From: Acidobacteriota bacterium
Lineage (GTDB): Bacteria > Acidobacteriota > Vicinamibacteria > Vicinamibacterales > CAVVIG01
Assembly (NCBI GenBank): GCA_046726355.1
Contig: JBKPAI010000070.1
Location: 22,637 to 86,636, forward strand
Direction of reading: 5' to 3'
Length of the DNA stretch: 64,000 nt
Position 1 is the stretch's first letter, and every line of letters begins with the position of its first letter. A program made the translations under genes and the position numbers. This document shows positions 37,662 to 47,363 of this stretch, one piece after another. Under the pieces are notes generated by a model. That model saw only the letters and a program-made list of their open reading frames with translations, was not told the DNA's origin and ran no database searches.

Positions 37662-40091
37662 TTGGCGGACGCGCTCGAAGCGTTCGAAACGGTGTGCGGC
37701 GGAAGAGATCCGAACGACGAAGCGGCAGTGGAGGCGGTGCGCCGGGCGTTTCACCGGGAGCTGTCGCGCCGCTTACAGCACCGTCCGCTGCCGCAGGGCC
37801 TTCCGGACACGACGCCGCGCACATCGGCCGAAACGCGGCTGGGACAGGCCCGCGCGCAGCTGCTTGACGATTGTGACGGTTTCCTGCGGCGGGCCGCCAT
37901 CCAGGCGTCGCTGACCCGCGAGGAGCGCATCGAGATTCTCCGCGGCATGCTGCTCACGCGCGCCACCGATAACCGGTTGAAGACGTTTTTTGCGGGGGGC
38001 GAAATCCGCTATGGCCCCGCCCCGTTCCAGGGCAAGGGGTTTCGATCGCTCGGACAGGAGGCCATTTACGCCGGAGGCATCCGGCTGCGGCGCGGCGCGA
38101 AGTACCGCCAGCCTGACGGACGCTGGACGGGCGACGTGATCGGGCCGGTGATCCGCGATCTCGGCATCACGCTCGCCATGCGTCCCGAACCGGATACCGT
38201 CCGGATGGTGCTGAACGCACAGACGGGCAAAGCCGGTCCGCCGCTCGAAGGCAAGGATCTGCACATCGGCGACTTCGAATGGGGCATCTTGCCGCCGGCC
38301 GCGCCGCTGACCACGGCGACGATGACGATTGCCGGGATGGCGTTGGGGTTCTGGCGCGACGGCTCCGGACGGATCGCCATCTCGTTCATCGGCGAAGGCG
38401 GGTCGTCACTGGGCGAGTGGCACGAAGCGATCAACCTCTGCGCCGCGCGCAGGCTGCCGGCCATTTTCTGCCTCGAGAACAATCAGACCGCGCTGTCGAC
38501 GCCTGTCGCCGAGCAGTCGGCCGCGCGCGTGTTTGCCGACAAAGCAGCGGGGTACGGCGTGCCGGGAATCACGATCGACGGGACCGATGCCGACGCGATC
38601 GCCGGCGCGTTCACGTGGGCAGCCGAGCGGGCGCGGGCGGGACTGGGGCCGGCGCTCATCGAGATCGTGTCGATGCGGATGTGCGGCCACGCGCATCACG
38701 ACGACATGCTTTATCTCGGCCGCGATCCGCACCCGGCATGGGACTACGGCACACTGACAGAGCAGGGCTACGCGGATCGGGAGCTGTATGCCTACTGGGC
38801 CGCGCGCGATCCGATTGCGCTGTATGCGTCGCGCCTCGAAACGGAAGGCGTAATCTCGTCCAGCGACTTCGATCGGTTCAAGCGGGAAGCCGAAGCCCTG
38901 GTCGAGGAGCAGGCGCGGGCGGTCATCGACGCGCCGTGGCCGGAGCCGGCACGGGCTGGCGCCGGCGTCTTCGCGAACGAGGCCCCGCGAACCTTCGTGG
39001 AGGTCCTTGATCCTGAGGTGCGGCTGAAGGCGAGCACCGAGCGAGAGGGCGCGTTGCGGCACGCGGACACGGCCAGCCTGGAAGTAGAGCCTGCGCCGAG
39101 GTTCGATGCGAGCGGGAGGACGTTTCTCGAGGCGGTGATGCTCGGTATTGCGGACGCGCTTCGCAGCGACGAGCGCGTGTTCGTGTACGGCCAGGACGTC
39201 GGCGGGCAGTACGGAAATGCGTTCCTGCTGCTTCGTCCGCTGCTGAAGGAGTTCGGCGGCCGCATCATCAACTCGCCCCTTGCGGAAGGCGCGGTGCTCG
39301 GCGTCTGTGTCGGCGCAGCACTCGCCGGCCAGCGCCCGATTGGCGAGATTCAATTCAACGACTTCGTCGCGACCGGCTTCAATCAGCTCGTGAACAACGC
39401 CGCGAAAATTCGCTATCGATGGGGCGGAAGCGTGCCGATGGTGGTGCGGATGCCGTGGGGCGGGCTGCGTCACGCCGGGCCCTACCACTCGCAGAACACC
39501 GAGGCCTGGTTCTATCGCACCGCGGGGTTGAAGATCGTGGTGCCTTCGACGCCGTTCGACGCGCGGCGGCTGATGGCCGCAGCCGTCGCGGACTCCGATC
39601 CGGTGCTGTTTTACGAGCACATTGCGCTCTATCGCGACCCGCGGGTCAAACAGGTGATCGGCGACGATCCGCCTTCGCCCGTGGCCATCGGATCGGCGGC
39701 GCTCCGGCGCGCCGGGGGGGACCTGGCGATCATCTCCTATGGCGCGTACGTTCATGTGGCGCTCGCCGTCGCCGGGCGGCTGGCCGCGGACGGCATCGAG
39801 GCCAGCGTCCTCGATCTCCGCAGCCTCGTTCCGCTGGATCGGTCCGCAGTGCTCGCGCTCGCCCGGACCTGCCACCGCGTGTTGATCGTCCACGAAGATT
39901 CGCGCACCGGGGGCATCGGCGAGAGCCTCGCCGCGATCGTCCAGGAGGAGGCGTTCGAGTTTCTCGACGCACCGGTGCGCATTGTCGGCGCCCTGGATAC
40001 GCCGGTGCCGTATTCGCCGCCGCTCGAGGAGTTCTATCTCCCGAGCGGGCAACAGATCGAACGCGCCGCGCGGTTCCTGGCCAGCTATTAA
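37662..40091 (+). CDS. 2-oxoacid dehydrogenase E1 component, fused alpha and beta subunits (TPP-dependent)
   Basis: The alpha part has ILRGMLLTRATDNRL and the TPP motif GEGGSSLGEWHEAINLCAARRLPAIFCLENNQ. The beta part has FLEAVMLGIADALRSDERVFVYGQDVG and INSPLAEGAVLGVCVGAALAG. The TTG start at 37662 and the roughly 95-aa N-terminal extension are uncertain. Confidence 0.85.
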   Translation: MADALEAFETVCGGRDPNDEAAVEAVRRAFHRELSRRLQHRPLPQGLPDTTPRTSAETRLGQARAQLLDDCDGFLRRAAIQASLTREERIEILRGMLLTRATDNRLKTFFAGGEIRYGPAPFQGKGFRSLGQEAIYAGGIRLRRGAKYRQPDGRWTGDVIGPVIRDLGITLAMRPEPDTVRMVLNAQTGKAGPPLEGKDLHIGDFEWGILPPAAPLTTATMTIAGMALGFWRDGSGRIAISFIGEGGSSLGEWHEAINLCAARRLPAIFCLENNQTALSTPVAEQSAARVFADKAAGYGVPGITIDGTDADAIAGAFTWAAERARAGLGPALIEIVSMRMCGHAHHDDMLYLGRDPHPAWDYGTLTEQGYADRELYAYWAARDPIALYASRLETEGVISSSDFDRFKREAEALVEEQARAVIDAPWPEPARAGAGVFANEAPRTFVEVLDPEVRLKASTEREGALRHADTASLEVEPAPRFDASGRTFLEAVMLGIADALRSDERVFVYGQDVGGQYGNAFLLLRPLLKEFGGRIINSPLAEGAVLGVCVGAALAGQRPIGEIQFNDFVATGFNQLVNNAAKIRYRWGGSVPMVVRMPWGGLRHAGPYHSQNTEAWFYRTAGLKIVVPSTPFDARRLMAAAVADSDPVLFYEHIALYRDPRVKQVIGDDPPSPVAIGSAALRRAGGDLAIISYGAYVHVALAVAGRLAADGIEASVLDLRSLVPLDRSAVLALARTCHRVLIVHEDSRTGGIGESLAAIVQEEAFEFLDAPVRIVGALDTPVPYSPPLEEFYLPSGQQIERAARFLASY

Positions 40092-40121
40092 TTGATGAAT
40101 GATAGCTACCGCGGAGGACGC

Positions 40122-40173
40122 GGCCACCTTCGCGCAAGGCGACGGTGGCCCGCCGTAGCTTCAGCGAAGGCGG
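40122..40173 (+). repeat. REP-like double hairpin, family 2
   Basis: ggccaccttcgcgcaaggcgacggtggcccgccgtagcttcagcgaaggcgg. It is near-identical to 59045-59095 and lies 31 nt after the E1 gene stop. Confidence 0.8.
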
Positions 40174-40278
40174 GAGCACGCGGAGGGTCAATCCTGAACA
40201 GGAATTTTCCTCCTTTCCTCCGGTCCGCCGTGGTGACTTGTCATGGTTTACGCCCTTCGTGGTTAAAGGAGAACTCCA

Positions 40279-40704
40279 ATGTGCAAGCGATCGATCGCCG
40301 TCAGCGCCGGTGTGGTGCTGTGTCTCGCGCCCGGCGGCCACGCGCAATCAGACAAGCCGCAAGGCACCACCTACCGCTCGCCCAGCGGAACCACGCTGCG
40401 GCTGATGCTCGACGAGAGCAACGTCGGACCGGAAGTCACGCTGGGCGAATTGACGTTTCCCCCGAACCAGGACTCGGGAGATCATCAACACGGCGCAATC
40501 GAGATGTTCTATGTCGTCACCGGCGAACTGGAGCACGTCGTGAATGGCCGCAGCCAGATCCTGAAACCGGGAATGGCCGGCTATGTGAAGCCGCCCGACA
40601 AGGTCCGCCACAAGACTGGTCCTGCCGGCGCCAAAGTCGTCGTTGTCTGGGTGCCCGGCGAAGAAGGGAAACGTGTCGCGTCACGATGGACGCGGGAGCC
40701 ATAA
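40279..40704 (+). CDS. secreted cupin domain protein
   Basis: Signal [23 protein letters not shown] and cupin motif [24 protein letters not shown]. Confidence 0.7.
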   Translation: MCKRSIAVSAGVVLCLAPGGHAQSDKPQGTTYRSPSGTTLRLMLDESNVGPEVTLGELTFPPNQDSGDHQHGAIEMFYVVTGELEHVVNGRSQILKPGMAGYVKPPDKVRHKTGPAGAKVVVVWVPGEEGKRVASRWTREP

Positions 40705-40723
40705 AGTAAACTATTTCTCAGCC

Positions 40724-42433
40724 ATGACCGACGAGCGTTCTTCGGCCGCGCCGCCGGCCCCGGTCGATTTCATCCGCGGCATCGTGATCGAGGACGTGGC
40801 CACCGGGAAGCATCACGGCCGCGTCGCCACACGATTTCCGCCTGAGCCGAATGGTTACCTTCACATCGGCCACGCAAAATCCATCTGCCTGAATTTCGGC
40901 GTGGCCGAGGAGCACGCGGGATCCTGCAATCTCCGGTTCGATGACACGAACCCGACGACCGAAGACGTCGAATATGTCACCGCCATCAAGGAGGACGTGC
41001 GCTGGTTGGGCTTCACCTGGTCGGCGGAGCTGTACGCGTCGGACTATTTCGAGCGGCTGTATGAGTTTGCGGTCGACCTGATCAGGCAGGGCCGCGCGTA
41101 CGTCGACAGCCTGGACGCGGATGAAATCCGCGCGCATCGGGGAACGCCGACCGAACCGGGCCGGAACAGCCCGTACCGCGATCGGTCGGTCGCCGAAAAC
41201 CTCGATCTGTTCGCCCGGATGCGCGCCGGCGAGTTTCCCGATGGCGCGCACGTGCTTCGCGCAAAGATCGACATGGCGTCGCCGAACTTCAACATGCGCG
41301 ATCCGACGCTCTACCGGATCAGGCACGCGTCGCATCATCGCACCGGCGACAAGTGGTGCATTTACCCGATGTACGACTTTGCCCATCCGTTGTCCGACGC
41401 GCTCGAGGGGATCACGCACTCCCTGTGCACGCTGGAGTTCGAAGACCACCGGCCGCTCTACGACTGGCTGGTCAACCATTTGATCGAGGCGGACAAGCCG
41501 CGGCAGATCGAGTTTGCGCGCCTGAACCTGAATTACACGGTCATGAGCAAGCGCAAGCTCCTGCAGCTCGTGCAGCAGGGCCTCGTGTCGGGCTGGGACG
41601 ATCCACGCATGCCGACGATCAGCGGTCTGCGCCGGCGTGGATACACCCCCGAGTCGATTCGCGATTTCTGCGCGCGGATCGGCGTCGCAAAGAAGGAAAA
41701 CGTGATCGACGTGGCGCAGCTGGAGCACAGCATCCGTGAGGACCTCAACCGGCGCGCGCTGCGCGTGATGGCCGTCCTCCGTCCGATGAAGGTGGTGCTG
41801 ACGAATTACCCGGAAGGTCACGTCGAGGAGCTCGACGTCATCAACAATCCCGAGGATCCCTCAGCCGGCACGCGCAAGGTCCCGTTCTCGCGCGTGCTGT
41901 GGATCGAGCGGGACGATTTCATGGAGGAGCCGCCCAGGAAGTTTTTCCGGCTGGCACCCGGCCGCGAGGTTCGCCTCCGTTGCGCCTATTTCATCAAGTG
42001 CAACGAAGTCATCAAAGATGGACAGGGCAGAATCGTGGAGCTCCGATGCACGTACGATCCCGCCACGCGCGGCGGCGACGCGCCCGACGGCCGGCGCGTG
42101 AAGGCGACGCTGCACTGGGTCCCGGCCTCGCACGCCGTTCCTGCTGAAGTCCGCCTCTACGACCGGTTGTTCTCAGTCGAAGATCCCGAGCGTGTCCCGG
42201 AAGGCAAGTCGTTTCTCCACAACGTGAATCCAGGATCGCTCGAGATCCTCCGCGAGGCGCAAGTTGAGCCGAGCCTCGCATCGGCGGCTCCCGGGCTGCG
42301 CGTCCAGTTCGAGCGGCTCGGCTATTTCTGCGTCGATCCCGATTCACGTCCGGGGGCCCTGGTGTTCAATCGAACCGTTTCGCTCCGCGACACGTGGGTC
42401 AAGATCGCCCAAAAAGAGAATCAGTCCCGCTGA
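40724..42433 (+). CDS. glnS: glutamine--tRNA ligase
   Basis: Met 28 of ORF 40643..42433. It carries the class I HIGH motif ([14 protein letters not shown]) and a KMSKS-like motif (VMSKRK). Characteristic GlnRS stretches [15 protein letters not shown] and [28 protein letters not shown] are present. Confidence 0.95.
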   Translation: MTDERSSAAPPAPVDFIRGIVIEDVATGKHHGRVATRFPPEPNGYLHIGHAKSICLNFGVAEEHAGSCNLRFDDTNPTTEDVEYVTAIKEDVRWLGFTWSAELYASDYFERLYEFAVDLIRQGRAYVDSLDADEIRAHRGTPTEPGRNSPYRDRSVAENLDLFARMRAGEFPDGAHVLRAKIDMASPNFNMRDPTLYRIRHASHHRTGDKWCIYPMYDFAHPLSDALEGITHSLCTLEFEDHRPLYDWLVNHLIEADKPRQIEFARLNLNYTVMSKRKLLQLVQQGLVSGWDDPRMPTISGLRRRGYTPESIRDFCARIGVAKKENVIDVAQLEHSIREDLNRRALRVMAVLRPMKVVLTNYPEGHVEELDVINNPEDPSAGTRKVPFSRVLWIERDDFMEEPPRKFFRLAPGREVRLRCAYFIKCNEVIKDGQGRIVELRCTYDPATRGGDAPDGRRVKATLHWVPASHAVPAEVRLYDRLFSVEDPERVPEGKSFLHNVNPGSLEILREAQVEPSLASAAPGLRVQFERLGYFCVDPDSRPGALVFNRTVSLRDTWVKIAQKENQSR

Positions 42434-42648
42434 CCCTGTCCTTACGGAGCGACGCCTCAACGCCCAGCAGGCGTGAACCGTGGGTCCCCAGCGTAGCGAT
42501 CGTGTTCACAGAAGCGGGCGAGCGTTGTTCCCAGCTATTGAGGGCGGACACGAACCGCGCGTAGACGCGTCGCTGATGAAGAACGGAACGTCTTCGTCCT
42601 CAACGATCTACTCGCACGGCCCGTCACAGCGGGCGCGCGCTCGCCCCG

Positions 42649-44466
42649 GTGACGCGACCGGTCCAGTCGAGCTCACATCGTCGGAACCGGTCTTGCACCT
42701 CGCTCGCCGTGACTCACCGCGAGAGATGGCAAGCTCTTCAGGCGCATCTGACCGCTGCGCACGCCTGCATTGAAGCGGGCGATCGGCAAAAAGCGCTGGC
42801 GGAGGTGACGGCCGCTCTCGCGCTCGATCCGGATTTTCTCGCCGCCCAGTCGCTTCGCGACAGCCTGCTCAAAAAGCCGATTGTTCCCGGTGCCCGGCGC
42901 GCGGCGAACAGCGTCGCGTCGATACCACCGAGTGCGAAGGTTCCGCGCGCGACTGACGCCTTCGCTGCACCGCCATCCACGATAGCGCGACCGGTAGCAC
43001 CGCGCTCATCTGTACGCGTGTCTTCCGTGGGCGACCCGGCGACGACCGCCACGCCGGGTGTCGCGCAGTCAGCGACTCGCGTGCCCGCGTCGATCGAAAC
43101 GCAAGCAGCCACGAACGTGTTGCCGACGGCGCCGTTCACGCCGAGCCGAGCCCCGTCCGCCCCCGATGCGTTGAACGCCGCCGCGTCCGTCGGCCAGCCG
43201 TCCTGGCTTGGTCGGGCCTCTGGTGCAGCCGCGCCGCCACGCGCTCCGCTGTGGCGAGCCGCGCCGGCACCCGCACCCGCGTCCGGCAAGGCCCCCGTTC
43301 CCAAGAATCCTCGACCCGGTTCTCCACCATCTGCGACGCCGCTCACTCCAGCGCCTGCGGCCGCCCCCTCTGTGGCGGCTCAGCCTGTCGTCTCCGCTGA
43401 AGGGTACGCGCATTTCGAGGCGCGCGCGAAGCGCCGGCGCGTCGATCGGCGGATCGAAGCCGCGCGTACCGCGATCGCCCGTCGAAAACTGCACGAAGCC
43501 GCTTCGGTGCTCGATGAAATCATCGACCTCGATCCGAATCTTCCTGAGCTCTCGGGCCTGACCGCCGAATTCGACGAGCTGCGGAAAGCGGTGGCAACGC
43601 CGCGTCGAGGACCGTGGGTGATGGCCGCTGCGGTCTTTGCCGTGATTGTGCTTGGCGCATCCTGGGTGCACGAGTCCACGTCGCTTCCCTCTTCTTCGTA
43701 TCCGATGAAGGCCGAGGTTTCGCTGGTGTCTCCGCCGGGGCCGTCCCTCAGCTCGGAACGCGCTGTCCGGGAACCGACGCCTGTGGCCACCATCGGTGTC
43801 GCGTCCGCGGTGACCCAACCGGTCGTCCGTCCGGAACCGCGCGCAACCCGGCCGCCCCAACTCAGGCCTGCGGCGGTTCCTGCGGTGATGCGCGGTCGGT
43901 CGTCAACTGAGCCGGATCGCGTGGTTGCGTCCGTCCCGCCGCTCCCGGCGCCAGCGCCTGAATCGTCAGTGAGCGTCCCGCCGCAATCGGTTTCGATGTC
44001 GAACACGCCTGTGACGACCGCCGCACCCCCATCATCCGTTCCGGCCGCGCTCCCAGCCGCGCTGCCGCGCCCCGTACCGCCTGCGCCGGCCGCAAACGCC
44101 ACCGCGCCTGTGGCTGCACCGGTCCCGTCCACACCGGACGATGAGGGCCTCGTGAAGCAGACGCTGCAACGGTATCGCCGCGCGTATGAGGGGCTCGACG
44201 CACAATCTGCACACGCCGTCTGGCCGGCGGTGAACCAGGCGGCGCTGGCCCGCGCGTTCGATGGGCTCGCCTCGCAGGCGATCACCTTCGATGCGTGTGA
44301 CGTGCAGGTGCGGGGTCCGATCGCGTCGGCGACGTGTCGAGGAACGGCGCGTTACGTGCCGAAGGTTGGCAGCCGCGAGCCGCGAATCGAGCCGCGTACC
44401 TGGAACTTCGGCCTGAAGAAAGAGGGCAGCGACTGGAAGATCGACTCGGCCCGCACCGATCGGTGA
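42649..44466 (+). CDS. hypothetical single-pass membrane protein: helical N-terminus, long Pro/Ala/Ser-rich regions, C-terminal SnoaL/DUF4440-like domain
   Basis: TM segment GPWVMAAAVFAVIVLGASWV. The C-terminal domain is LVKQTLQRYRRAYEGLDAQSAHAVWPAVNQ...WNFGLKKEGSDWKIDSARTDR. The start is uncertain: GTG 42649, or GTG 42709 giving (M)THRERWQALQ. Confidence 0.55.
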   Translation: MTRPVQSSSHRRNRSCTSLAVTHRERWQALQAHLTAAHACIEAGDRQKALAEVTAALALDPDFLAAQSLRDSLLKKPIVPGARRAANSVASIPPSAKVPRATDAFAAPPSTIARPVAPRSSVRVSSVGDPATTATPGVAQSATRVPASIETQAATNVLPTAPFTPSRAPSAPDALNAAASVGQPSWLGRASGAAAPPRAPLWRAAPAPAPASGKAPVPKNPRPGSPPSATPLTPAPAAAPSVAAQPVVSAEGYAHFEARAKRRRVDRRIEAARTAIARRKLHEAASVLDEIIDLDPNLPELSGLTAEFDELRKAVATPRRGPWVMAAAVFAVIVLGASWVHESTSLPSSSYPMKAEVSLVSPPGPSLSSERAVREPTPVATIGVASAVTQPVVRPEPRATRPPQLRPAAVPAVMRGRSSTEPDRVVASVPPLPAPAPESSVSVPPQSVSMSNTPVTTAAPPSSVPAALPAALPRPVPPAPAANATAPVAAPVPSTPDDEGLVKQTLQRYRRAYEGLDAQSAHAVWPAVNQAALARAFDGLASQAITFDACDVQVRGPIASATCRGTARYVPKVGSREPRIEPRTWNFGLKKEGSDWKIDSARTDR

Positions 44467-44543
44467 ACCACAAAGGCACGAAGACCGCCAAATAGGGAAC
44501 CACAAAGGGCACGAAGATCACAAAGAAGACACTCTTCTTTGTC
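44467..44543 (+). terminator. family A array ending in hairpin CACAAAGAAG-N5-CTTCTTTGT, starts 1 nt after the stop codon
   Basis: accacaaagg cacgaagac cgccaaata gggaaccac aaagggcac gaagatcac aaagaagac act cttctttgt. The first 10 nt and the central hairpin are the same as at 13603-13650. Confidence 0.55.
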
Positions 44544-44642
44544 AGCTCACCGCGCGAACGCGTAATCCCATCGACGAACGGCGTGAAAGACAGTACGTTT
44601 TTGCGGCCTTTTGCGTTCAGCGCTCCTGGTACGACGGCCCTT

Positions 44643-45968
44643 CTACCTTGCGAACGAGTAATCCAATCCGACGAACGGCGTGACCCGCGAAGTGAGTCCG
44701 CCGCTCGTCACCGGCACGCTCATGTTTGCCGCCAGCACCCACGTGTCGGACAGGTTCCATTTGACGCCTGGAACCAGCGTGATCATCTGCAGCGTCGAAG
44801 CGTCTGGCGTCAGACGAATCGTCTGGACGTCGATCAGTGCCGGGTGCGGGGCGGAGGTCGGCACAATGTGGCCGAAGCTGTCGAGCCATCTTCCCAGCAG
44901 CTCTCCGCTGACGGTCAGGTGACCGGTCGCGGCCAGCGCAAGCGCGCCGCCATAATCAAATTCGCGTGCAAGGCCGCCGACGCTGCCACCCAGGTTCGCG
45001 TGGGCTGACACCCGTCCGCGCTCGGCCGACCCAATCGCCGCCACCTTCAACGATGGCGACCCTGCGCCCAGCAAATCCTCCTGGTGTCCGGTCGGCAGAC
45101 GCACGTCCACCGCCGCGGCCAGTCCAAGGCCGTCTTCGTTGAAAAGGGTGGCCTTCGTGCGCACCACGAGATCGGCCAGGCCGATGGCGGTTGCCGACGC
45201 CGTCGCCTGAGTAACCGACTGCCGGTAGTAGCTATTGACGCGCGATCCGTTGAGCCGCAGTGCAACCATCGGGATCGCAAGGCCGACTTCAACGGCATCG
45301 GTCAGACCGACGTTGCCGTACAGCGTCGCGATGTCGAGATCGATGTTGAGCGAGAGCCGATCGACGTCGAACGGCGCGGGCTCATCCACGAATTGATTGG
45401 CGGTCGTGACGAGCGAGCCGTCCCTCAGGTTTGATCCATCGAGCGACGTAAAGCGCAGGTGCTGAAACGTGAGGCCGACCGACGCCTGGCGATCGCCGGC
45501 GGTCAATGCGCGCTCGACAAAGAACGGTCCGAAACTTTGTGTCGCGCGCTCCACCGTGCCGAGCTCGGGATTCAGCCGGTACACGAACGCGCCGGAGGAC
45601 GTCGTCACCGGCAGGGTGGCGAGGTTCGCGCGCAGTGCGCGGGAGATGGTATCGCTCGTGGCCTGCGCCGCGTCACGATCGCGCTCGACGTCGATTGGGC
45701 TCCCGGTTCGAATCGATTGATTGGTCACCAGAAACGTCAGCACTTCCGCAACCGATTGGGCGGGCGCCGTGGTTGTCGATCCAGCCGATTGGGCGGGCGC
45801 CGTGGTTGCCGATCCAAACACTAGGATCGATGCGATGGCGAAGGGCGTCACCTCGAGCACCGCTCGTCTCGAACCAGTGGCGGCCCATGGCGAACGTGCT
45901 CGGCCGAGATGTGAAAGCAAAGCAGCTCTTCGCACGGCATCAATCATTGTTTCCTCGGGAGATCTCAA
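44643..45968 (-). CDS. putative outer-membrane beta-barrel channel protein
   Basis: Signal-like VTPFAIASILVFGSATTAPAQS followed by beta-strand-rich sequence, ending VTPFVGLDYSFAR. Assignment to a specific family (MetA-pathway/transporter-like) is tentative. It overlaps the upstream lipoprotein gene by 8-29 nt depending on the start. Confidence 0.55.
   Translation of the reverse strand: MRSPEETMIDAVRRAALLSHLGRARSPWAATGSRRAVLEVTPFAIASILVFGSATTAPAQSAGSTTTAPAQSVAEVLTFLVTNQSIRTGSPIDVERDRDAAQATSDTISRALRANLATLPVTTSSGAFVYRLNPELGTVERATQSFGPFFVERALTAGDRQASVGLTFQHLRFTSLDGSNLRDGSLVTTANQFVDEPAPFDVDRLSLNIDLDIATLYGNVGLTDAVEVGLAIPMVALRLNGSRVNSYYRQSVTQATASATAIGLADLVVRTKATLFNEDGLGLAAAVDVRLPTGHQEDLLGAGSPSLKVAAIGSAERGRVSAHANLGGSVGGLAREFDYGGALALAATGHLTVSGELLGRWLDSFGHIVPTSAPHPALIDVQTIRLTPDASTLQMITLVPGVKWNLSDTWVLAANMSVPVTSGGLTSRVTPFVGLDYSFAR
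45752..45817 (-). repeat. 33-nt in-frame tandem duplication inside the outer-membrane channel gene
   Basis: ccgattgggcgggcgccgtggttgtcgatccag is followed by ccgattgggcgggcgccgtggttgccgatccaa (2 mismatches). It encodes GSATTAPAQSA / GSTTTAPAQSV at the predicted signal-peptide cleavage region. Confidence 0.85.
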
Positions 45969-46956
45969 CCTCGCTTGCGAGCACCGAGCCGTTGGGCAGC
46001 CTCGTCCCTTTCACATCGACCTTGCGCGAACTCTCCACATGGCCGCAGTTTCCCTTCTTGAAGTCCGTGGACGCGTTGGTGACGATCGACTCGCCGTCGA
46101 CTGTGAACGAGAGGGACGGGCACTTCCCTGACAGGTTCTTCACCGATCCGTCCACCTCGACACGCTCGCCGACATCTGGAACCGGAGTGGGAGTTGGCGG
46201 CGGCGTCGGTTTTGGCGCTGGAGCCGGCGCTGGCGCGGGTCCCGGCGCCGGGCTTGGCGAGGGAGACGGTGGAGCTGGCGCTGGAGCGGGAGGTGGAGCC
46301 GGCGCTGGCGTCACAGTGGGCGGTGCCGGAGGAGGCGGGACGGCCTCCTGCACGACCGTGTAAATCTGTCCGTTTACGTCCACTTCTCCGACACGGGGAT
46401 CGCCGCTGTTTGCTGCGATCGATAGCGCGATCGTTCCGCTGGCCGTTCCGGATCGGGCGGATGTGACCGTGATCCAGGCTGCTCGGCTCGTTGCCGTCCA
46501 ATTGCAGCCGCTCAGCGTCGTGACGTCAACGGACAGAGCGCCGCCGCCAGGCCCGATCCCGTCACGCGCGCGACTCAGCGTGTACCGGCAGGGTGCCGCG
46601 GCCTGGCTGACCTCAACTGTTTGGGAGCCGACTGCGATCGTACCGGAACGAGCAGCCGCCGCCGGGTTGGCGGCCACCGTGAACGTGACCGCAGCTTCGC
46701 CCTGGCCGGATCGATCGCCGCTCAGCGAAACCCAACTCGTGCTGGTGGCAATTGTCCATGTGCAGTCGCGCGAGGTCGTGATTGACAGCGTGCCGTTTCC
46801 GCCGGTCGCGGTGAAAGCGCTCGGCGAAGGGGCCGCATTGATTTGACATTTGCTGTCGGTTGTCGGTCCGACGACCGAGGTTTGCGCCGACCTGCAGGCC
46901 GCAAGCAGGCCGGGTGCGAGCGCGAGGACAAGAGCCGGAACGATCGGGGAACGCAT
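45940..46956 (-). CDS. lipoprotein with two BACON-like domains, Pro-rich linker and DUF5666-like C-terminal domain
   Basis: Lipobox MRSPIVPALVLALAPGLLAAC. There are two repeats of the pattern GGNGTLSITTSRDCTWTIATSTSWVSLS...ARSGTIAVGSQTVEVSQ. The linker is PPPPAPPTVTPAPAPPPAPAPAPPSPSPSPAPGPAPAPAPAPKPTPPPTPTPVP. The tail is VEVDGSVKNLSGKCPSLSFTVDGESIVTNASTDFKKGNCGHV. Confidence 0.65.
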   Translation of the reverse strand: MRSPIVPALVLALAPGLLAACRSAQTSVVGPTTDSKCQINAAPSPSAFTATGGNGTLSITTSRDCTWTIATSTSWVSLSGDRSGQGEAAVTFTVAANPAAAARSGTIAVGSQTVEVSQAAAPCRYTLSRARDGIGPGGGALSVDVTTLSGCNWTATSRAAWITVTSARSGTASGTIALSIAANSGDPRVGEVDVNGQIYTVVQEAVPPPPAPPTVTPAPAPPPAPAPAPPSPSPSPAPGPAPAPAPAPKPTPPPTPTPVPDVGERVEVDGSVKNLSGKCPSLSFTVDGESIVTNASTDFKKGNCGHVESSRKVDVKGTRLPNGSVLASEVEISRGNND

Positions 46957-47363
46957 GGAAGTACTCCGGCTGCGGCCTCATGCACGCCCCTCGCCATAGG
47001 AAAAACTTTTCCCTCGGGCCGCCATTTTCCAGAGAGGGCGGCCGCCTGTCATCTGCCGGCGCGCGGCCGATCGCCCGATCTCGTGAAGATGCAGCCAGAA
47101 CCGGTGACGCGGAGCGAACGCGCGCGCGGCACGCGCCCAAGGGCGAGCCGCCGGATCATCGACCGGGCGTTCGCCGGCACCGACCGCCTGTTGCGCCGGG
47201 TTCCAGCTTTGGCCAAAAGACTACTCAGTCATGACGTCGCGCTTCGACCGTGGCCGTGGCCGCGTTTGAAAGGCGCTCTCCCGCCGGAGCGGAGCGGGGC
47301 GCTCGGGGGTCCCCGCGAGCGACGGCGTTGGGGGTCCGGCGGGGCGAAGCCCCCCGGTTAGAG

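Noticed and set aside
38406-40127. 573-aa minus-strand ORF antisense to the E1 alpha-beta gene
   Set aside because: It is a shadow ORF. The plus strand has the TPP-binding and transketolase-like beta-subunit motifs.
46190-46330. G-rich periodic DNA inside the lipoprotein gene as another copy of the intergenic repeat families
   Set aside because: It encodes the Pro/Ala linker, and its units (ggagccggcgctggc-like) do not match families A-E. I treat it as ordinary low-complexity coding sequence.
47281-47360. G-rich segment (ggggtccccgcgagcgacggcgttgggggtccggcggggcgaagcccccc) as a possible structured RNA or dispersed repeat
   Set aside because: I found only a weak resemblance to 33860-33880 and no convincing second copy or conserved fold within the window. 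I cannot support a call without a genome-wide search.
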